A stretch of 64,000 nucleotides of DNA from an uncultured Ectothiorhodospiraceae bacterium (GTDB lineage Bacteria; Pseudomonadota; Gammaproteobacteria; JAABTG01). Below the pieces are notes generated by a model. That model was not told the DNA's origin and ran no database searches. It was given only the letters and a program-made list of their open reading frames with translations. The stretch's first letter is position 1. Every line of letters starts with the position of its first letter. The DNA lies in assembly GCA_964439835.1 (NCBI GenBank), contig CAYTPQ010000006.1, forward strand, positions 30,408 to 94,407. Direction: 5' to 3'. The position numbers were made by a program, and so were the translations under genes. This document shows positions 23,507 through 31,550 of the stretch, piece after piece.

Positions 23507-24181
23507 CTACACGTGCACGACCCGGTCGCGAAGGTAGACCGGCACCGCCGCGGCCGCCGGCACCCCCCCGCCGCGGCGCAGGACCTCCGTCCCCAGGCGG
23601 GCGACCTCTGCGGCACGCGGGTGGCGGTCGGGGAGCTCGCGGACGACCATTGCGCCGAGCCGCCGGCGGAGCGTCTCGGCGTACGCCTGCCAGCCCCCGC
23701 CGGTGGCGACCCAGGACGACCCCGGGGGGGCTGCGACCCCATCGGGCGGAGTCAGGCGATCCGCGATCTCCGCTTCCATGCCGCCCGCCGCCGTGCGCCG
23801 GTAGGCGCCCCAGTAGACCTCCTGCATCCGCGCGTCCAGTAGCGCCAGCACCGCCGCCACCCCGAGCTCACGGGCAACTCCTTCGGCCAGGGCCTGCAGT
23901 GTCGAGATCGGCGCGACCGGCAGACCGGCGGCGAAGGCCACCCCCTGTGTCACCGCGGCGGCGATGCGCACGCCGGTGAACGAGCCCGGTCCCCGCCCGA
24001 AAGCCAGCCCGTCCAGGTCCCGGGGGGTGAGGCCGGCCTCGGCGAGGAGCGCGTCGGCCATCGGCAGGACCAGCTCGGCGTGGCGCCGGGGCGCCAGCTC
24101 GAACCTCTCCTGCACCTCGCCCGCCACCGACAGGGCGACCGAGCAGGCGTCGGTGGAGGTCTCGAAGGCCAGGACCTTCAC
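23507..24181 (-). CDS. tsaB: tRNA threonylcarbamoyladenosine biosynthesis protein TsaB
   Basis: 224-aa product starting MKVLAFETSTDACSVAL (YeaZ family). It overlaps the yoaA stop by 4 nt. Confidence 0.85.
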   Translation of the reverse strand: MKVLAFETSTDACSVALSVAGEVQERFELAPRRHAELVLPMADALLAEAGLTPRDLDGLAFGRGPGSFTGVRIAAAVTQGVAFAAGLPVAPISTLQALAEGVARELGVAAVLALLDARMQEVYWGAYRRTAAGGMEAEIADRLTPPDGVAAPPGSSWVATGGGWQAYAETLRRRLGAMVVRELPDRHPRAAEVARLGTEVLRRGGGVPAAAAVPVYLRDRVVHV

Positions 24182-26238
24182 GCCGGCGCCCCGAAAAAGG
24201 CCTGGACGTCCGCCAGCCGCCGGGTCAGGGGGAAAGGCGGAAGGCTATCCAGGAACACCCGGCCGTAGGACCGCTGCAGCAGCCGGGGGTCGCAGATCAC
24301 CAGCACGCCGCGGTCGCGCACGTCGCGAATCAGCCGGCCCACCCCCTGCTTGAGCGCCAGAACCGCCTGGGGCAGCTGCAGCTCGGCGAAAGCGTTACCG
24401 CCGCGGGCCGTGACCGCCGCGGCTCGGGCCCGCGCCACCGGGTCGTCCGGCACCGCGAAGGGCAGGCGATCGATGACCACGCAGGAGAGCGCCTCGCCGC
24501 GTACGTCGACCCCCTCCCAGAAGCTGCTGGTCCCGAGCAGGACCGCCCTTGGTGTCTCGGTGAAGCGTCGCAACAGCTCCGAGCGTGTCATTTCGCCCTG
24601 GACCAGGAGCGGGAACCGGCCATCCCCCGCGAGTCGCCGGGCGGCCTCGCGCAGGGCCCGGTGGCTGGTGAAGAGCAGGAACGCCCGGCCGCCGCTCGCC
24701 TCCAGCACCGGCAGGGTCACGTCCGCGACGCGGGCGGTGTACTCTGCGGTGTTGGGATCCGGCAGTCCTGGTGGGACGTAGCAGAGCGTCTGGCGCGCGT
24801 AGTCGAAGGGGCTGTCCCACAGGCCCTCGTCCCGCTCCTGCAGGCCAAGGCTGCGGGCAAAGTGCTCGAAGCTGCCACCCACCGCCAGGGTCGCCGAGGT
24901 AAAGACCCAGGCCGAGCGCCTTGCCCGGGCACGCTCGGCGAAGACGGGGCCGGTCTCGAGGGGGGTGGCGTGCAGCGCGAAGGCGCGGGGGAAGACCTCG
25001 ACCCACCGCACCCGCGCCGCGGGCTCGGCGTCGGTCATCTCCCGCAGGCGGTCGCGGAAACGCTCCGCCCGGCGGTGACACTGTCCGAGCTCCAGCCCGC
25101 GCTCGGCGGCCGCGGCCAGCGCCTCCTCCAGGCGCCCGAGGGCCCCCGCCAGGACGGAGAGGCCCGTGCTCGCCGCCGGCCCCAGTCCCGCCCCGTCCCA
25201 GAGGACCCGACGCGGCTCTGCACCCAGATCGCCGCGCAGACGCTGCACGCCACTTTCGAGCGCAGTGGCCGCAGCGTCCAGGGCCGGCAGGTCTCCCGCT
25301 TCGGCGGCGTGGGCGCGCCGGGCGTCCTGGGCCAGCTCCAGGAGCTGACGGCTGCCGAGCGCCTCGCCGAAGAACTCGCTCGCCAGCTCGGCCAGCTGGT
25401 GGGCCTCGTCCACGATCACCACGTCGGAGGGCGGCAGGACCTCGCCGAGGCCGTCGTGGCGGAGCGCCAGGTCGGCGAGCAGCAGGTGGTGATTGACGAC
25501 CACCAGGTCCGCGCCGGCCGCGGCGTGGCGGGCGCGCAGCACGTGACAGTCGGAGAGACGCGGGCAGTCCTGACCCAGGCAGTTGTCTGCAGTGGAGGTC
25601 AGCTCGCGGCGCAGGGGCGAGTCCTCCGGCAGGTCGACCAGCTCGGCCAGGTCGCCGCTGCGGGTCGTGCGGGCCCAGTCGCGCACCCGGGCCAGGATCG
25701 CGAGCTCCCGCCGGCCGCCGGCCGCCGGCGCCAGCTCCACGCGGTCCAGGCGCTCGCGGCAGAGGTAGTTCTGCCGGCCCTTCAGGAGCGCGACCCGCGC
25801 CGCCGAGCCCAGGGCGCGGCGCACCAGGGGCAGGTCGCGGTGGAAGAGCTGTTCCTGCAGGTTGCGGGTAGCAGTGGAGAGCACGACGCGCCGCCCGCAG
25901 AGGAGCGCCGGCACCAGGTACGCGAAGGTCTTGCCGGTGCCGGTGCCCGCCTCGCACACCAGGGTCCGGCCGGTCTCCATCGCGCGAGCGACCGCCCGCG
26001 CGAGGGCCAGCTGCTCGGCGCGGGGGGCGAAGTCGAGGACCGACCGCGCCAGCGCGCCGCCGGCCGCCAGGTGCTCTGCGGTCAGCGTCTGCAACTCGCC
26101 GCCCGCCGACCGCGCGGCCTCCTCAGGCTGCGGCGCCGGCCGCGGGTCCGCCCTCCCCGGCCGGCTAGCCACTGGCCCGGTTGTCCCAGTACCCCTCGTC
26201 CTCGAGGCCGTTGGCCCGACTCCAGACCAGCCGCCCAA
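24178..26238 (-). CDS. yoaA: DinG-family ATP-dependent DNA helicase YoaA
   Basis: GTGKT Walker A, DEAH box (VVIVDEAHQL) and an Fe-S Cys cluster (CLGQDCPRLSDC). The N-terminal start is uncertain and may lie about 40 aa further in. The yeaZ-yoaA linkage matches E. coli. Confidence 0.8.
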   Translation of the reverse strand: MGGWSGVGPTASRTRGTGTTGPVASRPGRADPRPAPQPEEAARSAGGELQTLTAEHLAAGGALARSVLDFAPRAEQLALARAVARAMETGRTLVCEAGTGTGKTFAYLVPALLCGRRVVLSTATRNLQEQLFHRDLPLVRRALGSAARVALLKGRQNYLCRERLDRVELAPAAGGRRELAILARVRDWARTTRSGDLAELVDLPEDSPLRRELTSTADNCLGQDCPRLSDCHVLRARHAAAGADLVVVNHHLLLADLALRHDGLGEVLPPSDVVIVDEAHQLAELASEFFGEALGSRQLLELAQDARRAHAAEAGDLPALDAAATALESGVQRLRGDLGAEPRRVLWDGAGLGPAASTGLSVLAGALGRLEEALAAAAERGLELGQCHRRAERFRDRLREMTDAEPAARVRWVEVFPRAFALHATPLETGPVFAERARARRSAWVFTSATLAVGGSFEHFARSLGLQERDEGLWDSPFDYARQTLCYVPPGLPDPNTAEYTARVADVTLPVLEASGGRAFLLFTSHRALREAARRLAGDGRFPLLVQGEMTRSELLRRFTETPRAVLLGTSSFWEGVDVRGEALSCVVIDRLPFAVPDDPVARARAAAVTARGGNAFAELQLPQAVLALKQGVGRLIRDVRDRGVLVICDPRLLQRSYGRVFLDSLPPFPLTRRLADVQAFFGAPA

Positions 26239-26674
26239 TCGCCTTGAACCGGGCGACCGACAGGGGACCGCGACGGCTGCGCTTGCTGTCGCGGGACTCG
26301 TCCACGGCCTCCAGCACCGTGTCCCGGTCGGCCTCGTGGATCTCGTAGGGCTCGAAGTTCTCGTCCATGAGCACCAGCATCAGCACGTCCCAGTCCTGGC
26401 TGGTCTTCAGCTGGCCGAGCCGCTGGCCGGGCTTGCCCTCGTCGAAGATCGCCCGGCCCTTGATCTGGACCCGCTGTCCGGCCCAGCGCCCGCGGCCGAC
26501 GGCGTCGTAGCCGATCCCCTCCTGGACCGGCACCAGCTCCAGGTCCAGGAGGCGCGCCGCGTCGTAGCGGGCGATCTCGCCCGTCAGGCCGAGGGACTTC
26601 CCCGTCGCCCGGCGGTACTCGGCGGCCAGGCGCCGGGCCTCGGTGATGAGCCTTTCGAGGGAATAGACCTCCAT
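26165..26674 (-). CDS. Hypothetical protein, possible PD-(D/E)xK-like fold (169 aa)
   Basis: I place the start at the ATG of MEVYSLERLITEA. An internal GYDAV...QIKGR spacing resembles a D...(E/Q)xK nuclease motif. I recognise no family. The ORF track 5' extension is Arg/Gly-rich junk. Confidence 0.4.
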   Translation of the reverse strand: MEVYSLERLITEARRLAAEYRRATGKSLGLTGEIARYDAARLLDLELVPVQEGIGYDAVGRGRWAGQRVQIKGRAIFDEGKPGQRLGQLKTSQDWDVLMLVLMDENFEPYEIHEADRDTVLEAVDESRDSKRSRRGPLSVARFKAIGRLVWSRANGLEDEGYWDNRASG

Positions 26675-26902
26675 GGACGCTCTCGCTGGGCGCTGGCTTG
26701 AGACCGGACCGACCGGGGCGAGTCTACTCCGTCGCAAGGCAGCGGGCATCGGATGTCTGCCCGTGGTTCGTAACCTGCACCCGGCCGCTCGACGCCCGGC
26801 CGCGGGCGCCCCATGGGACGGCCCGGGCTGAGCATCGGGAATGCCAGCGCCCGGCTCGCCCTGTTGAGGTGCGATAATCGCGCAGGCCCCGCCCCCGCCG
26901 AC

Positions 26903-27826
26903 ATGCCCAACACCCACGACACTGACTGCCCGCCGGCGTCGCCCGAGTCCGGCGTGGTCTTGAACAGCCTACCGGCGCCGGTGGTCGCGACCGACGCGGT
27001 TGGGCACCTGACGCTGCTGAACCCGGCGGCCTCGGAGCTCCTGCGCCGTCCTCCCTCGCGCCTGCAGGGCATGCCGCTGGCGGAGGTGTTGGAGCTAGTG
27101 GACGAGCGACACCATGCCCTCGACGTTCGCGCGCTGCTCGTGCGCGTGCTTCAGGACGGGCTCACCCTGCGGGTCCACCACGCGACCCTGGTCCAACCGG
27201 GCGGCAACGAGGTGGCGGTCAGCTGTTCGGCCGGTCCCCTGCACGGCACGGGGGCCGAGGGGCGGGGTTCCGTCTGGCTCTTCTATGACGTGCGCGAGGA
27301 GCGCCAGCTCCGCCACCACCTGTCCGTCCAGGCCCGCCAGGACCCTTTGACCGGCCTCGTCAACCGACAGGAGTTCGAGCGTCGCCTGGAGCGCGCGGCC
27401 GCGAGCGCCTTCCGGACGGGGGGTGAGCACGCCCTCTGCTTCCTGGACCTGGACCGCTTCAAGGCCGTCAACGACCGCCACGGCCACGCCGCGGGTGACG
27501 CGGTCCTCACCGAGATCGCGGGCCTGCTGCTCTCGCGTATCCGTGGACGCGACACGCTGGCCCGCCTCGGTGGCGACGAGTTCGCGCTACTGCTGGAGCA
27601 CTGCCCGCTGGAGGAGGCCCGGCGGGTGGCCGAGGGCCTCGTCGAGACCGTGCGGACCCACCGCTTCGCCTGGCACGGGGAAGCCCTCGGCGTGGGCTTG
27701 AGCGTCGGCGTCACCCCGATCCGCCCGCACGGCCCCGACGCCCCCGGCTTGCTCCGGGTAGCCGACGAGGCCTGCTACCAGGCCAAGCAGGGCGGGCGGG
27801 ACCGGGTGTGCGTCGCGGGGCCCTAG
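26903..27826 (+). CDS. PAS-GGDEF diguanylate cyclase
   Basis: Start at MPNTHDTD. It has a PAS-like N-terminus and a GGDEF domain (RLGGDEFALLL) with the RxxD I-site. Confidence 0.75.
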   Translation: MPNTHDTDCPPASPESGVVLNSLPAPVVATDAVGHLTLLNPAASELLRRPPSRLQGMPLAEVLELVDERHHALDVRALLVRVLQDGLTLRVHHATLVQPGGNEVAVSCSAGPLHGTGAEGRGSVWLFYDVREERQLRHHLSVQARQDPLTGLVNRQEFERRLERAAASAFRTGGEHALCFLDLDRFKAVNDRHGHAAGDAVLTEIAGLLLSRIRGRDTLARLGGDEFALLLEHCPLEEARRVAEGLVETVRTHRFAWHGEALGVGLSVGVTPIRPHGPDAPGLLRVADEACYQAKQGGRDRVCVAGP

Positions 27827-27937
27827 GCAGACCGTCACGGGACGCAGGGGATGGCCCCAGGGCCGCCACGCAACGCCTCTGGGCCGGAGCGTCCGCTGGC
27901 TCGACGGGGCGGTACCCGACCGGGTTTCGACGCCGGG

Positions 27938-28393
27938 TCAGGGCGAGTCGGCGAGCGCCTCCAGATTCAGGCGCACGCGCAGGCGGCGGTGACTCTCGGC
28001 ATCCAGGGCGTCGCCGGCGACCGGTATCGACCAGCGTCGGCGCGGGTCCTCTGTGCGCAGGTGCAGGACCACCAGCGAGGGGTACACCAGCGCGCCGGGA
28101 AGCCGCTCCGCCGTCACCGCCGACCCGTCGGCCAGACCGAGGATCCACTCGCCGTCCGTCCCCGCGAGGAGCCGGACGACCGACCGCGGGTGGCGACGGA
28201 GGACGTGACGGCGCAACTCCCGGACCAGGCTGAAGGCCACGGTGAGGACGCCCACCCCCTGAGCCCAGGGCGGCAGATGGGCCACCAGCAGGCAGGCGGC
28301 CGCGCCGGCGTGAGTCGCGAGCAGGAACAGCGCGAGCCGGCGCGAGGCGCGGAGCTCAAGTCGCAGCGGTGCTTCGGATCCGGTCGACGACAT
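27938..28393 (-). CDS. ygfX: YgfX/CptA-family inner-membrane protein (SdhE-associated)
   Basis: It has two N-terminal TM helices followed by a W/R-rich C-terminus, as in E. coli YgfX, and lies immediately downstream of sdhE. The 5' end overlaps sdhE by 38 nt, so the start may be later. Confidence 0.6.
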   Translation of the reverse strand: MSSTGSEAPLRLELRASRRLALFLLATHAGAAACLLVAHLPPWAQGVGVLTVAFSLVRELRRHVLRRHPRSVVRLLAGTDGEWILGLADGSAVTAERLPGALVYPSLVVLHLRTEDPRRRWSIPVAGDALDAESHRRLRVRLNLEALADSP

Positions 28394-28631
28394 CGGCGAG
28401 GTCCCTCTCGTCGGGGCGCGAGCGCCCGAGCAGCCAGTCCAGCAGCGTGGCGTCCGGAAGGTCGAGCAAGACCTCCAGCGCGCCCAGCTCGCCCTCCTCC
28501 AGGCGCTCGATCTCCCGGTCGGCGAAGCGGCCGAGGATCAAGTCGACCTCCAGCAGCCCCCGGCGGCAGCGCCAGCGCAGTCGCCGCAGCCATGCCTCGG
28601 GCGACTCGCAGCGCTCATCCTGGCCATCCAT
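28356..28631 (-). CDS. sdhE: Succinate dehydrogenase flavinylation factor SdhE (YgfY/CptB)
   Basis: 91-aa product with the conserved RGxxE-type motif ([12 protein letters not shown]). Confidence 0.75.
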   Translation of the reverse strand: MDGQDERCESPEAWLRRLRWRCRRGLLEVDLILGRFADREIERLEEGELGALEVLLDLPDATLLDWLLGRSRPDERDLADVVDRIRSTAAT

Positions 28632-28827
28632 GGGCGTGCAGGATACCCCCGACCCGCCGGCCGCGTCCCTGCACGTTCGGCCCCGGCCGGCTGCGGCCAG
28701 CGACTCCCGCGCGCTATCATCGACCGCGAGTCGACCGCCTGCGCCGGGCAGGCGCGGAATCTACCCTCGCGCCCGAGTGTCCGGTGGCGATGGCGCCCCC
28801 GCCCGGCCCACGAGAGAGCAACTACTT

Positions 28828-29787
28828 ATGCGCCTGAACGCCTTCGAGTCGACCCTGCTCGGCAACGCCCCGGAGCTGAAGACGGTGCTGCGCGCCGCAG
28901 CGCTCGTCGCCGCCACCGACGCGGCGGTGCTGATCCTCGGGGAAAGCGGGACCGGCAAGGAACTCCTGGCCCGTGCCATCCATCGCGAGAGCCGGCGCGC
29001 CGAGCGGCCGTTCATCTCTCTGAACTGCGCCGCCCTGCCCGAGACCCTGGCAGACTCGGAGCTCTTCGGGCACCGCAAAGGGGCCTTCACCGGCGCGGTC
29101 GCCGACCAGGTCGGAAGGCTCTGCGGCGCCGACGGCGGGACCGTGCTGCTCGACGAGGTAGGCGACCTCGCGCTGCCGGTACAGGCCAAGCTGCTGCGGT
29201 TCCTGGAGTCTGGGGAGTGCCAGCGGGTCGGTGCCAGCGGGACCACGCGCGCGGATGTCCGTGTCATCGCCGCGACCAACCGCGACCTGCCCGAGGCGGT
29301 CCGCGCCGGGCGCTTCCGGGCCGATCTCTACTACCGGCTGCACGTGGTGCCACTGGTGCTGCCGCCCCTGCGCGAGCGTGGCGGGGACGTGCGCCTGCTG
29401 GTCACCCACCTGACCGCCGAGCTCGCGCGCCAGCACGGCCTGACGCCACCCCGCTATACCGCCGCGGCCCTCGACCTTCTTACCCGGTACCCCTGGCCCG
29501 GCAACGTGCGTGAGCTTCGCAACGTCTGCGAGCGGATGCTCGTCCTGTTACCCGGCCGCGAGATCGGCCCGGAGAACCTCCCCGCCGAGGTCCGCACGCC
29601 GTCCGCGCCACGCGGGGAGTCCTTCGTCCTGCCGGCGGAAGGGCTTTCACTCGAAGGACTCGAGGCGCAACTGATCCGCCAGGCACTCAGCCGCACGCGC
29701 GGCAACCGGAGCCAGGCCGCGCGCCTGGTCGGACTGACCCGCGATGCCCTCCTCTACCGCCTCAAGAAACACGCGATTGAGGCCTGA
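28828..29787 (+). CDS. Sigma-54-dependent transcriptional activator lacking a sensory domain (PspF/HrpS-like)
   Basis: ATG with a GAGAGAG ribosome-binding site, 319 aa. It has Walker [16 protein letters not shown], the GAFTGA motif and a C-terminal HTH. There is no N-terminal receiver, GAF or PAS domain. Confidence 0.8.
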   Translation: MRLNAFESTLLGNAPELKTVLRAAALVAATDAAVLILGESGTGKELLARAIHRESRRAERPFISLNCAALPETLADSELFGHRKGAFTGAVADQVGRLCGADGGTVLLDEVGDLALPVQAKLLRFLESGECQRVGASGTTRADVRVIAATNRDLPEAVRAGRFRADLYYRLHVVPLVLPPLRERGGDVRLLVTHLTAELARQHGLTPPRYTAAALDLLTRYPWPGNVRELRNVCERMLVLLPGREIGPENLPAEVRTPSAPRGESFVLPAEGLSLEGLEAQLIRQALSRTRGNRSQAARLVGLTRDALLYRLKKHAIEA

Positions 29788-29942
29788 AGGGCGCTGCTGG
29801 GCAGCGGGCGCCCGCTGCTAAGGAACGAGGCGGCCGTCGTCCGTGGCGACCGCCCCAAGGGGGAACCCGTGGACGGCCTCGCTGCCGGCGCTCCTCCGAG
29901 GAGCGGCACGTGCGCGCCTGCCGTCTGCCCGCAGGTGACCGC

Positions 29943-30572
29943 TCAGTGGCCCTGGGCCGCCTTGGCCCGGCGCTCCTCGCGCTTCTTGCGGATCATCGCG
30001 GTGTCGGCCGCCATGTCGAGGTAAGCGGCCTTGAGCGCGCCGTCGAAGTCGGTCAGCTCGCCGCCCTGCTCGGCCTTCACCGCCTCGGCCGCCTCGCGCG
30101 AGGCGTACGCGTACTTGCTGGTGCGGCTCATCACCGGCGGCAGCTTCGAGCCGACCAGGTAGACGGCCTTGTCGGCGTCCACCAGCGGCACCACCTCATC
30201 CTTTGAGCCCGCGTCAGCCGCGTAGAGGCCCTTCGGCGAGAGGTCCATGTTGACCGACAGGCTAAGTGCCGTGCAGTGCACGGAGCAAGTGGCGTCGACC
30301 CGGTGGTCGCCGTACCAGATCAGCTGGCGGGTGCGGTGGAACTGCTTGCGGTCCATCCCGCAGTAGGGGCACTTCGGGTACTTCGCCAACTCGTCCTTCA
30401 GGGGCTCGGCGTCGGGGGCCGTCTTCGGCTGGAACTGCAGCGGGGTGCCGTCCCCCGGGCACGCCGGTGCGGCAGTGGCGGGAGCAGAGAGAATCCCGAG
30501 GCCGGTCGCTGCCCCAGCGGTCAGCATGACCCGAAGCGCCTGCCGGCGCCCTACGCTGTCGACTGTCTTCAT
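29943..30572 (-). CDS. Tat-signal protein with CPxCGM (TRASH/YHS/NosL-like) Cys motif
   Basis: MKTVDSVGRRQALRVMLTAGAATGLG is a twin-arginine signal. The mature part has KCPYCGM...CSVHC. The longer ORF-track start would overlap the sigma-54 promoter. Confidence 0.6.
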   Translation of the reverse strand: MKTVDSVGRRQALRVMLTAGAATGLGILSAPATAAPACPGDGTPLQFQPKTAPDAEPLKDELAKYPKCPYCGMDRKQFHRTRQLIWYGDHRVDATCSVHCTALSLSVNMDLSPKGLYAADAGSKDEVVPLVDADKAVYLVGSKLPPVMSRTSKYAYASREAAEAVKAEQGGELTDFDGALKAAYLDMAADTAMIRKKREERRAKAAQGH

Positions 30573-30633
30573 GAGTCCTCCCGTCGGGTGGATAGGGGGT
30601 ACGTCGTGTCGCCGTCGGCCGCGGCAGACACTG

Positions 30634-30648
30634 GGCAAGGGCCGTGCC
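30634..30648 (-). promoter_or_regulatory. Sigma-54 (RpoN) -24/-12 promoter
   Basis: The minus strand reads CGGCACGGCCCTTGCC, which is GGCACG-N4-TTGC with canonical GG-to-GC spacing. It sits about 50-60 nt upstream of the Tat gene ATG and 200 nt downstream of the sdhB stop. Confidence 0.6.
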
Positions 30649-30854
30649 GGTCGTGTACTGCGGTAACCGCTTGAGATGTGGGCAAGCCAGCTGGCGTCGG
30701 CCGCGCAGGGTGCGGGATTTCACACAGGGCTGCGGCAAAGCCCACGAACGGCCCGGCCCACTCCTGGCGGCTTGCCGGCCCCTTCCGTCGCACTCATCCG
30801 CACGCTGGCCCGGCATCCCATCGAGGCCCCGGGGGTCCGTTCGGTCAGCGCCGG

Positions 30855-31550
30855 CTACAGCCCCCGGCTCACCATCATCCGCTTGATCAGGCCGATGGCG
30901 CGGGTCGGGTGCAGGCCCTTGGGGCAGACCTCCACGCAGCTCATGATGGTGTGGCAGCGGAACAGCTTGTAGGGGTCGTCGAGGTCGCGCAGGCGCTCGT
31001 CGGTCGCCTGGTCCCGGGAGTCGGCGAGGAACCGGTAGGCCTGCAACAGGGCCGCGGGGCCGAGGAAGCGGTCCGGGTTCCACCACCAGGAGGGGCAAGA
31101 GGTCGAGCAGCAGGCGCAGAGGATGCACTCGTAGAGCCCGTCGAGGCGGTCCCGGTCCCCGGGGCTCTGGCGGTACTCGACGTCGGGTTCCGGGTCCTGC
31201 ACGGTCAGCCAGGGCCGCACCGCCCGGTACTGGCGGTAGAACTGCGCCATGTCGACCACCAGGTCGCGGACGACCGGCAGCCCCGGCAGGGGCCGGACAG
31301 TGACCGGCTCGGTCAGCCCGGCGAGCGGGGTCACGCAGGCGAGGCGGTTGCGGCCGTTGACGTTCAGCCCGTCCGAACCGCACACGCCCCCGTGGCAAGA
31401 GTGTCGGAAGGTCAGGCTGTCGTCTTTCGCCTTCAGGCGCAGGAGGGCGTCCAGCAGCATCATCCCGGGCTCGACCGGCTCCAGCTCGTACTCCTGCATC
31501 CTTGGCGCGGCGCCGGTCTCCGGGTGGTAGCGGTAGATCGAGAAGCGCAT
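30855..31550 (-). CDS. sdhB: Succinate dehydrogenase iron-sulfur subunit
   Basis: 231 aa from MRFSIYRY. It has three Cys clusters (CHGGVCGSDG, CILCACCSTSCP, CHTIMSCVEVCP). The start overlaps the sdhA stop (TGATG). Confidence 0.9.
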   Translation of the reverse strand: MRFSIYRYHPETGAAPRMQEYELEPVEPGMMLLDALLRLKAKDDSLTFRHSCHGGVCGSDGLNVNGRNRLACVTPLAGLTEPVTVRPLPGLPVVRDLVVDMAQFYRQYRAVRPWLTVQDPEPDVEYRQSPGDRDRLDGLYECILCACCSTSCPSWWWNPDRFLGPAALLQAYRFLADSRDQATDERLRDLDDPYKLFRCHTIMSCVEVCPKGLHPTRAIGLIKRMMVSRGL

